Made by a program: the position numbers and the translations under genes. Under the pieces are notes generated by a model that was not told the origin of the DNA, did no database searches, and saw nothing but the letters and a program-made list of their open reading frames with translations. Below, piece after piece: positions 1-11,356 of a DNA stretch of 64,000 nucleotides. How positions within the stretch are numbered: the first letter of the stretch is position 1; every line of letters begins with the position of its first letter. Source of the DNA: Betaproteobacteria bacterium Ga0077527 (GTDB lineage: Bacteria > Pseudomonadota > Gammaproteobacteria > Burkholderiales > SG8-41). The stretch is from positions 8,920 to 72,919 of the forward strand of contig LNDW01000021.1 of the NCBI GenBank assembly GCA_001464815.1, read 5' to 3'.

Positions 1-951
1 GCAGGCCGAGTCGCGCTGGCGGTAGCGCGACTTCGCGCCGTAGACCCACTGCGTGCGCGGCGCCTCGCCGCTGATCCAGCTGACATTGACCGCGGTGATC
101 TGGTCGGACAAGAGGCGCGGATGGTCGTGGCCCTGCACCACCACCAGGCGGTTGTTCTGCAGATCTTTTTCTGCAACGTACCAGGCATCGCCGTCACCGT
201 CGCGTGAACCGCCGATGCCCAGGCCCTGGCGCTGGCCGAGGGTGTAGAAGGTGAGTCCCATGTGGCGCCCGACGCGGCGGCCCTCCGGCGTGACGATGTC
301 GCCGGGATTCGCGGGCAGGTAACGGTTGAGGAATTCGCGGAAGGGACGTTCACCGATGAAGCAGATGCCGGTCGAATCCTTCTTGTCATGGTTGGGCAGG
401 CCTTCGCGGCGCGCGATCTCGCGCACTTCCCGCTTGTACAGCTCCCCCAGCGGGAACAGAGTCTTCGACAGCTGCTTCTGGTTCAGGCGGTGCAGAAAGT
501 AACTCTGGTCCTTGGTGCCGTCCTCGGCCTTCAGCAACTGATGCAGACCGTCGATTTCACGCACCTGGGCGTAGTGGCCGGTGGCGATGCGGTCGGCGCC
601 GAGGCTAAGCGCATGGTCGAGAAAGGCCTTGAACTTGATCTCGGCATTACACAGCACGTCCGGATTCGGGGTGCGACCGGCCCGATATTCGCTGAGGAAT
701 TCGCTGAATACGCGGTCCTTGTACTCGGCGCTGAAATTGACGGCCTCGATGTCGATGCCGATGCGGTCGGCGACCGCCACTGCGTCGATCAGGTCCTGGC
801 GCGAGCTGCAGTATTCGTCATTGTCGTCGTCCTCCCAGTTCTTCATGAACAGGCCGGTGACATCAAAACCCTGCTGTTTGAGCAGCAGGGCCGCCACCGA
901 GGAGTCAACGCCGCCGGACATGCCGATGACGATTTTCTGTTTGCGGGTCAT
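1..951 (-). CDS. mnmA: tRNA 2-thiouridine(34) synthase MnmA; the C-terminal part runs off the window start
   Basis: Reverse translation from ATG (951-949) gives [18 protein letters not shown]... with the PP-loop SGGVDS, and stays open to position 1. It is absent from the ORF track because there is no stop in the window. ATGA overlap with the upstream NUDIX gene. Confidence 0.9.
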   Translation of the reverse strand, partial: MTRKQKIVIGMSGGVDSSVAALLLKQQGFDVTGLFMKNWEDDDNDEYCSSRQDLIDAVAVADRIGIDIEAVNFSAEYKDRVFSEFLSEYRAGRTPNPDVLCNAEIKFKAFLDHALSLGADRIATGHYAQVREIDGLHQLLKAEDGTKDQSYFLHRLNQKQLSKTLFPLGELYKREVREIARREGLPNHDKKDSTGICFIGERPFREFLNRYLPANPGDIVTPEGRRVGRHMGLTFYTLGQRQGLGIGGSRDGDGDAWYVAEKDLQNNRLVVVQGHDHPRLLSDQITAVNVSWISGEAPRTQWVYGAKSRYRQRDSAC

Positions 952-1421
952 GGTGCGAGCCGGCGGAAGTGGTGTATCGCCTGCAGAGGATAACGGATAC
1001 CGGCCAGGCAGTCGTCAACGCAGCGCTGCAGCAATGGACTGCGGTGATGGTCGGCGCAGGCGCGGATTTCGGTGGCACTCATCCACAGTGCGCGGCGGAT
1101 GCCCGCGTCAAGCTTGTATCCGGGGCGGGGTGAGGAGGCGGTGCCGGTGAAGGCGAAGCGCAGGTAGGTCACGCCTTCATCCGGATGCGCGTACTGGTAG
1201 ATGCCGAGCAGCGCCTCGGGGGTGAAATCACAGGCGGATTCCTCCAGCGTTTCGCGGATCACCGCATCGATCAGCGACTCGCCGTCCTCGAGGTGTCCGG
1301 CAGGCTGGTTATAGCGGATGCCGCTGCGGGTGTCTTCCTCGACCAGCAGGAAGCGGCCGTCACGCTCGACCACGGCGGCGACGGTGACGCTGGGTTTCCA
1401 CTGATGTTCACGATGGCTCAT
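948..1421 (-). CDS. NUDIX hydrolase
   Basis: 157-aa ORF with a NUDIX box [22 protein letters not shown] (GX5EX7REUXEEXGU). Its stop overlaps the mnmA start (ATGA). Confidence 0.85.
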   Translation of the reverse strand: MSHREHQWKPSVTVAAVVERDGRFLLVEEDTRSGIRYNQPAGHLEDGESLIDAVIRETLEESACDFTPEALLGIYQYAHPDEGVTYLRFAFTGTASSPRPGYKLDAGIRRALWMSATEIRACADHHRSPLLQRCVDDCLAGIRYPLQAIHHFRRLAP

Positions 1422-1474
1422 GGGGCGTTATTTTAGCCGCCACCCATGTCTTGAAAAACGCGAAAAACGGACGC

Positions 1475-1500
1475 AAAAAAAGCAGGGCCGCAGCCCTGCT
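1475..1500 (-). terminator. Rho-independent terminator downstream of small-ORF module A
   Basis: Stem agcagggc/gccctgct with loop cgca. The minus strand reads stem followed by TTTTTTT. Confidence 0.7.
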
Positions 1501-1513
1501 TTCAGAGACGAGA

Positions 1514-1668
1514 CGAGATTACTTCTTCTCGGCTTTTTTCTCTTCTTTCTTCTCGGCTTTTTTCTCTTCCTTCTTCTCGGCGGCAACGGCCGGGGCGATG
1601 GCGACGGTCGATGGCGGCGAACAGTTTGTTCATGATTTCCTCGTTATGGGTGGATTGAATCAACCGGG
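1514..1668 (-). repeat. Small-ORF module, copy A (RBS GAGGA, ATG at 1633-1631, CT/AG-rich 27-nt internal repeat)
   Basis: 1514-1612 is 100% identical to 1794-1892, and 1627-1642 is identical to 1893-1908. Copy A carries an extra 14 nt (1613-1626). The ATG-frame ORF is 1502..1633, 43 aa: MNKLFAAIDRRHRPGRCRREEGREKS... Confidence 0.8.
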
Positions 1669-1744
1669 AGATCCCGGAGCCCGGTCGGACCCGACCCGGA
1701 GGGGGCGGCAACCGCTGGACAATCAGTACTTTAGCAATGGTGCT

Positions 1745-1780
1745 GCAAAAAGAAAAGGCAGGGGGTAAACCCCCTGCCTT
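1745..1780 (-). terminator. Rho-independent terminator downstream of small-ORF module B
   Basis: Stem aaggcaggggg/ccccctgcctt with loop taaa, followed on the minus strand by TTTTCTTTTT. Confidence 0.75.
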
Positions 1781-1793
1781 TTCAGGAGAAACG

Positions 1794-1929
1794 CGAGATT
1801 ACTTCTTCTCGGCTTTTTTCTCTTCTTTCTTCTCGGCTTTTTTCTCTTCCTTCTTCTCGGCGGCAACGGCCGGGGCGATGGCGACGGTCGATTGTTCATG
1901 ATTTCCTCATTAATGGTTGATCAACCAGG
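1794..1929 (-). repeat. Small-ORF module, copy B (RBS GAGGA, ATG at 1899-1897)
   Basis: Perfect 99-nt and 16-nt identity to copy A at a 280-bp period. The ATG frame gives MNNRPSPSPRPLPPRRRKRKKPRRKK... and runs through the terminator. A third frame (..AIAPAVAAEKKEEKKAEKKEEKKAEKK*) stops at 1801-1799, just before the terminator. Confidence 0.8.
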
Positions 1930-2057
1930 CTTTTTTAGCCCTGGACCGAACGTTCGGTCAGAGCCAATAACGCCGCGGTACGGCCCCGGTTGACAGATTG
2001 GTGTAAGTAATCCGGCAGGCACCAGGCCGGATTTGGACCAAACCAGGGAGTTGAAAA

Positions 2058-2606
2058 TTATATGTTTATTATCAATGACTTATGATCTCCTTGCGTCAGG
2101 CCATCGATACTCCAGTCACCGATGCTGTGGCGTATCAGACGCAAGGTGGGCAGGCCGACTGCGGCGGTCATGCGCCGAACCTGGCGATTTTTGCCTTCAC
2201 GCAGCACCAATTTCAGCCAGCTGGTTGGAATCTCCCGGCGTACCCGGATCGGCGGCTGCCTCGGCCATAACCAGGCGGGCGCTTCAACGATGCAGACCTC
2301 AGCCGGCTTGGCCTGAAAGTCGCTCAGACGCACACCCTTGCGCAGCGGCTCCAGGGCATTTTCGGTGGCTGCACCATCGACCTGGGCGTAATAGATCTTG
2401 GCCATCTTATGCCGCGGGTTGGCGATTTCATGTTGCAGTGCGCCATCGTCGGTCAGCAGCACCAGCCCCTCGCTGTCGGTGTCGAGCCGCCCCGCCGGAT
2501 ACACGCCGGGTGTGGTGACAAAATCCTTCAGCGTCGGTTTGTCGCCGGAGGGGCTGAACTGGCAGATTACGCCACAGGGTTTGTTGAAGAGGATCAGCGT
2601 GGACAT
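2058..2606 (-). CDS. rluE: 23S rRNA pseudouridine synthase, RluE/RsuA family
   Basis: 182 aa. MSTLILFNKPCGVICQF...GRLDTDSEGLVLLTDDG carries the catalytic Asp motif of RsuA/RluE-type synthases without an S4 domain. Confidence 0.8.
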   Translation of the reverse strand: MSTLILFNKPCGVICQFSPSGDKPTLKDFVTTPGVYPAGRLDTDSEGLVLLTDDGALQHEIANPRHKMAKIYYAQVDGAATENALEPLRKGVRLSDFQAKPAEVCIVEAPAWLWPRQPPIRVRREIPTSWLKLVLREGKNRQVRRMTAAVGLPTLRLIRHSIGDWSIDGLTQGDHKSLIINI

Positions 2607-2642
2607 GCGCGGATTTTAGGCGCTCCGGGTTTGCGCCTGCCG

Positions 2643-2669
2643 AAAAAAAGCCCCTGCCGCGGCAGGGGC
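2643..2669 (-). terminator. Rho-independent terminator after aceB
   Basis: gcccctgc/gcaggggc stem. The minus strand reads stem followed by TTTTTTT, about 20 nt after the aceB stop. Confidence 0.75.
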
Positions 2670-2688
2670 CCTGATGAGACGGCAGTCC

Positions 2689-4314
2689 TCAGGCGGCGAC
2701 GGTGTCTTCCGTGCGGCTGACCAGTTGTGCATAACCAGGCAAGGTCAGGAAGTCGACATAGTCATCGCTGCTGGTGATCTGTTCAAACAGTTTTGCCGCT
2801 TCTTCGTAACGGCCGGCCGACCAGGCGGTTTCACCGAGTTCGCGGCGCACGCGGGCCAGTTCCTCGGGCAGCATCGCGCGGAACATCTCCGCAGTGATCT
2901 TGCGACCGTCGTCGAGTACGCCCTTCGGGCTGCGTGTCCACTGCCAGATCTGCGAGCGCGAAATTTCGGCGGTGGCGGCGTCTTCCATCAAGTTGTACAC
3001 CGGCACACAACCGTTGCCGGCGAGCCAGGCGCCGATGTACTGGATACCGACGCTGATGTTGTTACGCAGGCCGGCTTCGGTGATCGGCGCTTCCGGCCTG
3101 AAGTCGAGCAGATCTTTTGCGGTGACCTGAACATCGGGGCGCTGGCGGCTGACCTGATTGGATCCCGGCATGTGTTTGTCGAAGATCTCCTTCGCGATGC
3201 CGACCAGGCCCGGATGCGCGACCCAGGTGCCGTCGCAGCCGTCGGTGGCCTCGCGCTCCTTGTCGGCACGCACCTTGGACAATGCGGCTTCGTTGGCGGC
3301 CGCATCGTTCTTGATCGGGATCTGCGCTGCCATGCCGCCCATCGCAAAGGCCTTGCGCTTGTGACAGGTCTTGACCAGCAGCAGCGCGTAGGCACGCATG
3401 AACGGCGCGGTCATCGTCACCTGGCTGCGGTCAGCGAGGCAGAAATCCTTGTTCGAGCGGAATTTCTTGATGCAACTGAAGATGTAGTCCCAGCGGCCGA
3501 TGTTCAGCCCGACGCAGTGTTCGCGCAGCTCAAAGAGGATTTCATCCATCTCGAAGGCGGCGAGCACGGTTTCGATCAGCACCGTGGCCTTGATCGTGCC
3601 CTGGGGCAGGCCCAGCTCGCGTTGCGCCATCACGAAAATGTCATTCCACAGCCGTGCTTCGAGGTGGCTTTCCATCTTGGGCAGGTAGAAGTACGGGCCG
3701 GTGTTGCGCGCCAGTGCCTCCTTGGCGTTGTGGAACAAGTACAGCGCGAAATCGAATATCGCGCCGGACACCGGCTCGCCGTCGACAAGCAGATGGTTTT
3801 CCATCAGATGCCAGCCGCGCGGCCGCACCAGCAGTGTGGCGATTTTTTCGTTGAGTTTGTAGCCCTTGCCCTCGGGGCTCTGGAAAGTGACCGTGCGCCG
3901 GATGGCGTCGCGCAGGTTGATCTGGCCTTCGATCATGTTCGACCAGGTCGGGGCGTTCGAATCCTCGAAGTCGGCCATGAATACATTGGCGCCACAATTC
4001 AGGGCATTGATCACCATCTTGCGGTCGGTGGGGCCGGTGATTTCGACGCGGCGGTCCTGCAGGTCGGTGGGTATGCCGCCGACGCTCCATTCGCTTTCGC
4101 GTATCCCGCGTGTTTCGGGCAGGAAGTCCGGCAGCTTGCCGGCGTTGAATTCGGCCTGACGCGCGACCCGTTTCGCCATCAGCTCGCGTCGCCGGGCCTC
4201 GAATTTACGCGACAGCTTGGCGACAAAAGCCAGCGCCTGCGGGCTGAGGATTTCAGGGTATGGCGCGGGTGTCGCGTCGAGAATCTGGATGCGTTCCGGT
4301 GCATTGATCGACAT
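2689..4314 (-). CDS. aceB: Malate synthase A
   Basis: 541 aa. Full-length resemblance to AceB (…FMADFEDSNAPTW…, …YFYLPKMESHLEARLWNDIF…, …GGMAAQIP…DGTWVAHPG…). Confidence 0.92.
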   Translation of the reverse strand: MSINAPERIQILDATPAPYPEILSPQALAFVAKLSRKFEARRRELMAKRVARQAEFNAGKLPDFLPETRGIRESEWSVGGIPTDLQDRRVEITGPTDRKMVINALNCGANVFMADFEDSNAPTWSNMIEGQINLRDAIRRTVTFQSPEGKGYKLNEKIATLLVRPRGWHLMENHLLVDGEPVSGAIFDFALYLFHNAKEALARNTGPYFYLPKMESHLEARLWNDIFVMAQRELGLPQGTIKATVLIETVLAAFEMDEILFELREHCVGLNIGRWDYIFSCIKKFRSNKDFCLADRSQVTMTAPFMRAYALLLVKTCHKRKAFAMGGMAAQIPIKNDAAANEAALSKVRADKEREATDGCDGTWVAHPGLVGIAKEIFDKHMPGSNQVSRQRPDVQVTAKDLLDFRPEAPITEAGLRNNISVGIQYIGAWLAGNGCVPVYNLMEDAATAEISRSQIWQWTRSPKGVLDDGRKITAEMFRAMLPEELARVRRELGETAWSAGRYEEAAKLFEQITSSDDYVDFLTLPGYAQLVSRTEDTVAA

Positions 4315-4630
4315 GACGGCCTCTCTCGGTTGAGGGTTTGAACGTTGGTTTGAAGCAGTGGATCGAAGGATGGTTCGAAGCGACGCTGCTGAAGAGTGCT
4401 GAACGGCCGAATGCGGTCATTCCATCAATTTCACATGACAAAATGTAATTATGAAATTAGTGTTGCAATGCATTATAGACACAATTCCGGCAAGTCCAGC
4501 ATTTGTTTTGTTGCGCCGCATCGCTGATTGGAATCGGGTGCTGGCGGGTAGGACATCGGCTATTGTGCAATGCGAAATAACCGGCAAGTTCAAGCCGCAG
4601 CGTGGCGCTGAAAAACCGGGGAAAAGCCTG

Positions 4631-4661
4631 GAAAAACAACGCCCGCGATTGCGGGCGTTGT
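4631..4661 (-). terminator. Rho-independent terminator after the 458-aa gene
   Basis: Stem acaacgcccgc/gcgggcgttgt with loop gatt. The minus strand reads stem followed by TTTTT. Confidence 0.8.
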
Positions 4662-4703
4662 GGATGCTGCTGCCGGCCGGGAGGCCGGAGGGGGGTTGCC
4701 GGG

Positions 4704-6080
4704 TTACTGGCTGCCCCAGGGCTTGATCGCCGCTTTCAGCTGGTTATAGCCGTCGATGTAGCGCGGACGCTTGGTGCTGTAGAGCTTGTCGAAGGTCGCG
4801 AGCTGCGCATCGAGCCAGTCGGCGAGCTGCTTGTTGCCTGGGTTGGCGGCCTTGTAGGCTTCGTTGATCAGCACGAAGTGGATGCGCGGATCGTAAGGGT
4901 CCTTGGTGCCGCCGACGGTCTCGTCGCCGTTGAGCAGACGCTGCAGCATCGCATCGGCGGAGCCGAGGGTCTGTTCGTAGATCGGCGCGCCTTCCATGCG
5001 GTACATGACACTGGTCATGTCCTTGCCATTGGTCATGGTGAAGCCCATGTCCTTCCAAACCTCGCCCATTTTCTTGCCGGTCTTGGCGTAGTCGAGAACG
5101 ATCTGGCCCCACTTGCGCAGCACGTCCGGTGCATCGGCCATCAGGTCGGTCAGGCGGTCGCCGTCGAGGTCGGTCGAGTAGACGATGCACTCACGCTGCT
5201 CGATCATGTCGTGCAGCAGCAGGCCGAAGTTGGTGTCGGAGATGTGCTCATAAATGTCACCGCCCCAGTTTTCCATGCCGGCCTTGAAGTCCTTCGGCAG
5301 CAGTGCGACGATGGCGTGCACGTTGTCCTTGTGCTCTTCGTAGGCATCCACCGCATACTGGCGCTTCAGCTGGAACTTGGTGCCCTGGATCAGCCAGCGG
5401 AACAGGCCGGCGTTGACCGCGTCCTCTTTGGCCTGGGTCGGCTTGGTGGCGACACGGCCGATGCAGCCGCGGTCGTGAACCAGTTTCAGGAACAGCCGCG
5501 CAGCGTAGGCCATGCGCACGCCCGGGGTGTTCATTTCAGAGTGGATGTTGCCGGTGGCTTTCTCGACGACGAATTTCTTGTTGTCCTGCGAGTACGGCAG
5601 GCCGGGCATGAAGCGCACGTTGGTGATCGAGCCATAGGGGCGCACATTGCAGTAGACGCCGGCGGCGGTGCGCAGCGGGGCGTTGGCCGACTTGCCGGCT
5701 ACGACGACTTTCTTGCCGCCGTCATTGACCATGAAGTCACCCGCTGTGGACCATTTCAGGCAGGTGTAGTCCATCTTGCCGAACCATTCCAGCGACTTCA
5801 GCTTGGTGTCGTGCCGGAACTGGGCCATCATCGGGACGCCGAGGAAGGGCAGGCCGAGTACGTCGAGGGCCATGATCGTGCCATTCAGCGCGAAGGTGTC
5901 GGTGAGGGCGTGGGCGACCGGATTGACACCGCCGGAGAAGTTGCCGCCTTCCCAGATAATGGCGTCGCTGATGCCGCGCGGCTGGGTCTTGGAGCGTTTG
6001 AACACGCCGTCCAAGTATTTGAAAAGATCGCCGTTGGCTTCTTCCTGCGCGATTTTCAGCAGGTCCAGTTTTCCACTCAT
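4704..6080 (-). CDS. Conserved-looking hypothetical protein (458 aa, cytoplasmic); family not recognised
   Basis: Clean ORF with RBS GGAGA 6 nt before the ATG, its own terminator, GC3-rich codon usage like the neighbouring genes, and no signal peptide or TM segment. I cannot assign it to a family from memory. Confidence 0.7.
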   Translation of the reverse strand: MSGKLDLLKIAQEEANGDLFKYLDGVFKRSKTQPRGISDAIIWEGGNFSGGVNPVAHALTDTFALNGTIMALDVLGLPFLGVPMMAQFRHDTKLKSLEWFGKMDYTCLKWSTAGDFMVNDGGKKVVVAGKSANAPLRTAAGVYCNVRPYGSITNVRFMPGLPYSQDNKKFVVEKATGNIHSEMNTPGVRMAYAARLFLKLVHDRGCIGRVATKPTQAKEDAVNAGLFRWLIQGTKFQLKRQYAVDAYEEHKDNVHAIVALLPKDFKAGMENWGGDIYEHISDTNFGLLLHDMIEQRECIVYSTDLDGDRLTDLMADAPDVLRKWGQIVLDYAKTGKKMGEVWKDMGFTMTNGKDMTSVMYRMEGAPIYEQTLGSADAMLQRLLNGDETVGGTKDPYDPRIHFVLINEAYKAANPGNKQLADWLDAQLATFDKLYSTKRPRYIDGYNQLKAAIKPWGSQ

Positions 6081-6297
6081 TTCAGTCTCCGTTCGGATTG
6101 GGTCTTGTGGGCAGTCTTGCAGTCAGATGCGTCTGATCGGTGCGTGGTCGCGCCCGGGATGACCGACGCGGATTGTCCGGTCGCCGTAGCCGCCCGGTCT
6201 GACAAGGTTTGCCGCCGGGCCGGGCCCGTGATTATCGCATTATTTGCCACACCGGTTTGCTTCAGCGGGGAACTGGAGGCGGCGGTCAATGGCAAAG

Positions 6298-6325
6298 AAA
6301 AAAGCCCGCGCAAAGTGCGCGGGCT
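6298..6325 (-). terminator. Rho-independent terminator after the csp gene
   Basis: agcccgcgc/gcgcgggct stem. The minus strand reads stem followed by TTTTTT. Confidence 0.75.
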
Positions 6326-6378
6326 TAGTTCAGCAGGGCCGCTTCCGGGAGTTCCGGCCGCGGCAGGGAATCACAGCT

Positions 6379-6582
6379 TCAGGCTGCTTGGATGTTAGAG
6401 GCTTGTTTACCCTTCGGACCCTGGGTGACTTCGAAAGACACCTTTTGACCTTCTTTCAGCGTCTTGAAGCCGTTCATCTGAATCGCCGAAAAATGGGCGA
6501 AAAGATCTTCGCTGCCATCATCCGGCGTGATGAAACCGTAGCCCTTGGAGTCATTGAACCATTTCACAGTGCCAGTTGCCAT
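6379..6582 (-). CDS. cspA: Cold-shock protein, CspA family
   Basis: Internal start gives a 67-aa product [34 protein letters not shown] (RNP1 KGYGFI, RNP2 motif). The upstream 23 codons of the track ORF are not CSD-like. Confidence 0.9.
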   Translation of the reverse strand: MATGTVKWFNDSKGYGFITPDDGSEDLFAHFSAIQMNGFKTLKEGQKVSFEVTQGPKGKQASNIQAA

Positions 6583-6874
6583 ATGCCTGCCTTGATAGAA
6601 AAGCGGATGGGCTCCGCGATTTGTTCGAGTTCCAAGGATCGCACCGGCCAAAATCTGGGACTGCCCTGGTCTTGCGATGAAGCCTGAACCCCAACACCCG
6701 ACTGCTTTCTAGGGTATTTGTCCGGGAAAGTCAAGTTCCAGAGCCGACGCACCGCGATGGGTTCGCAGGGCCCTTTTTTGGTGCCATTTCAACACTTGAA
6801 AAATTCCTGATTCCAGACACAATAGTTGTGCATACCCACTGAATGGACACGGAAATTTCCCGACCCCCGCAGGC

Positions 6875-7183
6875 ATGGCGAACAGGCAGCGTGAAGACAC
6901 CGTCCTTGAGGCGAAACGCAGCAAGACAAAGCCGCCACCGATGTTCAAGGTGCTGCTGCTCAATGACGATTACACCCCAATGGACTTCGTCATCAGCGTC
7001 TTGCAGAGGTTTTTCGGCTTGAGTCGGGAACGCGCCACCCAGGTCATGCTCAAAGTGCACCGCGAGGGCATGGGGGTGTGCGGTGTTTTCCCCAGGGATG
7101 TTGCGGCGACCAAAGTCGAACAGGTAAAGTCGTACTCGAAGCAGCACCAGCACCCGCTGCAATGCGTGATGGAAGAGAATTAA
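6875..7183 (+). CDS. clpS: ATP-dependent Clp protease adaptor ClpS
   Basis: 102 aa with …[27 protein letters not shown]…, the typical ClpS core, lying immediately upstream of clpA. Confidence 0.92.
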   Translation: MANRQREDTVLEAKRSKTKPPPMFKVLLLNDDYTPMDFVISVLQRFFGLSRERATQVMLKVHREGMGVCGVFPRDVAATKVEQVKSYSKQHQHPLQCVMEEN

Positions 7184-7212
7184 ACCGTCCAACAGCCCAG
7201 GAACAGGACACC

Positions 7213-9489
<2,277 letters not shown>

Positions 9490-9657
9490 TTGACCCCGGT
9501 CCGGGGTGGCGCCGTGGAGATGTCCGCGGCGGCGTCTTGACAGTGTCTGCCAGCCCGTGGACACTGCCTTCACAACATCAATAAAAACGGATTGCCGCGT
9601 CTTCTGCTGACGGAGGCGACGGCGCAAGGTCTTTCCCCCAGTTTCAGGAGATCAATC

Positions 9658-10008
9658 ATGTCGAGCAAATCGACCCTGCTGGCAATGCTGTTCTTCAGCG
9701 TGCTAAGCCCCCTTCCGGTGCAGGCTGCCGAAGCCGCGAACCCGACTTATGCGCGCAGCCTCGCCGCGACCTGTTTCACCTGCCACGGCACCGACGGCCG
9801 CAGCGTCGGCGGCGTCCCGCCCAGCCTCGCCGGTCAGAACCGCGACTATCTGCTGCAGCAGATGCGCGAATTCCGCAATGGCAAACGGCCGGCGACGATC
9901 ATGCACCAGCACGCGCTGGGCTATACCGATGAACAACTGGTGCTGATCGCCGGCTACTTTGCCGGTATCACCCCCGGTCCCGCGGCCGCCGCGCCGGCGG
10001 CCCGCTAG
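9658..10008 (+). CDS. fccA: Monohaem cytochrome c, flavocytochrome c sulfide dehydrogenase small subunit-like
   Basis: RBS CAGGAG, signal peptide MSSKSTLLAMLFFSVLSPLPVQA, a single CFTCH haem motif, and it is followed by fccB. Confidence 0.75.
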   Translation: MSSKSTLLAMLFFSVLSPLPVQAAEAANPTYARSLAATCFTCHGTDGRSVGGVPPSLAGQNRDYLLQQMREFRNGKRPATIMHQHALGYTDEQLVLIAGYFAGITPGPAAAAPAAR

Positions 10009-10018
10009 GAGAGTTGTG

Positions 10019-11305
10019 ATGAAAAACGCGATGACGACATTCAAGCGACGTGAATTCCTGAAATGGGCCGCGGCTGGCACAGGTGTTGCCGCGATGGGCG
10101 GCTGTGCAACCGCCGGCAGCGGCAGCGCGGGCCGCGTGGTGGTGATTGGCGGCGGTTATGGCGGCGCGACCGCGGCGAGGTTCATCAAGCTGTGGGCGCC
10201 GGACATCGATGTTGCGCTGATCGAGATGAACGATTATTTCGTCTCCTGCCCGATCAGCAACCTGGTGCTCGGCGGCAACGCCCAGATGAACCAGATCACC
10301 TTCAGCTACGACGGCCTGCGCAAGCGCGGCATCCGCGTCATCCGCGACGAGGCCATGGGCATCGACCCGGTGAAAAAAGTGGTTTCGCTGGCCAGCGGCG
10401 GCTCGGTGTCTTTTGACCGCGTCATCGTGTCCCCCGGCGTTGATTTTCTGTATGACCAGATTCCCGGCCTCAACACCCGGGAGGCGCAGATGCGCTTTTT
10501 CCATGCCTGGAAAGCCGGTCCGCAGACGGTGGCGCTGCGCAAGCAGCTCGAGGCGATGCGTGACGGCGGCGTTTACGCCATTCAGATTCCGATGGCGCCT
10601 TATCGCTGTCCGCCCGGCCCCTACGAACGCGTGTGCCAGGTGGCCGACTATTTCAAGAAGGCGAAACCGAAGTCGAAGATTCTCGTGCTCGACGCCAACC
10701 CCGACCTGGTATCGAAAAAAGGCCTGTTCCTCGCCGCCTGGGATGGCCTGTACAAGGGCATGATCGAATACCGTCCGAACAGCGAGATCGCCGATGTCGA
10801 CACCAAGGGCATGACGATCAAGCTGCAGTTCGATGATGTCAAGGCCGATGTCATCAATGTGGTGCCGGCGCAGCGCGCCGGAGATGTCGCGTTGCGCAGC
10901 GGCCTGATCACCGCCAACAACCGCTGGTGCGGCGTGGACTGGACCACCTGCGAATCATTGGCGGTGAAGGGCGTACACGTGCTGGGTGATGCCACTCTGT
11001 CCGGACCCGCGATGCCGAAGTCGGGCAGCATGGCCAACCAGCATGCCAAGGTCTGCGCGGCGGCGGTGATCGAGATGATCAAGGGCGGGCCGGTGAACAC
11101 CGACACCATGATGATGAACACCTGCTACAGCTTCGTCAGCGGTGACAGCGCGATGCACGTCGCTTCCGTGCATCGCTACGATCCGGCGCAGAAGACGATT
11201 GCGCCGGTGAAGGGCAGTGGTGGTGTTTCCACCGCGGCGAGCCAGGCCGAAGGCCTGTATGCCTGGGGCTGGGCCAGAAACATCTGGGCCGAAGCGCTGA
11301 CCTGA
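10019..11305 (+). CDS. fccB: Flavocytochrome c sulfide dehydrogenase flavoprotein subunit
   Basis: Tat signal (KRREFLKWAAAG), FAD fold VVVIGGGYGGATAA, and overall FccB/SoxF-like length (428 aa). Confidence 0.85.
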   Translation: MKNAMTTFKRREFLKWAAAGTGVAAMGGCATAGSGSAGRVVVIGGGYGGATAARFIKLWAPDIDVALIEMNDYFVSCPISNLVLGGNAQMNQITFSYDGLRKRGIRVIRDEAMGIDPVKKVVSLASGGSVSFDRVIVSPGVDFLYDQIPGLNTREAQMRFFHAWKAGPQTVALRKQLEAMRDGGVYAIQIPMAPYRCPPGPYERVCQVADYFKKAKPKSKILVLDANPDLVSKKGLFLAAWDGLYKGMIEYRPNSEIADVDTKGMTIKLQFDDVKADVINVVPAQRAGDVALRSGLITANNRWCGVDWTTCESLAVKGVHVLGDATLSGPAMPKSGSMANQHAKVCAAAVIEMIKGGPVNTDTMMMNTCYSFVSGDSAMHVASVHRYDPAQKTIAPVKGSGGVSTAASQAEGLYAWGWARNIWAEALT

Positions 11306-11320
11306 CGGTTTTTCTGGCAT

Positions 11321-11356
11321 AAACAACAAGGGGCGCCGCGGCGCCCCTTGTTGTTT
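11321..11356. terminator. Bidirectional terminator hairpin between the convergent genes fccB and the DUF2784 gene
   Basis: 17-bp perfect inverted repeat aaacaacaaggggcgcc/ggcgccccttgttgttt. Confidence 0.7.

Noticed and set aside
2674-4341. 555-aa plus-strand ORF covering the whole aceB locus. Similar cases are 4602..6398 (+), 12826..13953 (+), 25554..26747 (-), 56736..58628 (+) and 37980..38921 (+).
   Set aside because: These lie antisense to genes with clear homology. Their products are Arg/Ala/Gly/His-rich low-complexity sequence typical of shadow ORFs in GC-rich DNA, and they have no RBS or family resemblance.
6200-6260. Possible sigma-54 promoter (TGGCAAATAATGCG) in the leader of the 458-aa gene, and TGGCATTTTTCACGA upstream of pilE (~63950-63966).
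   Set aside because: The GG-to-GC spacing is 10 nt rather than 12, or the TTGC element is missing. Neither matches the -24/-12 consensus.
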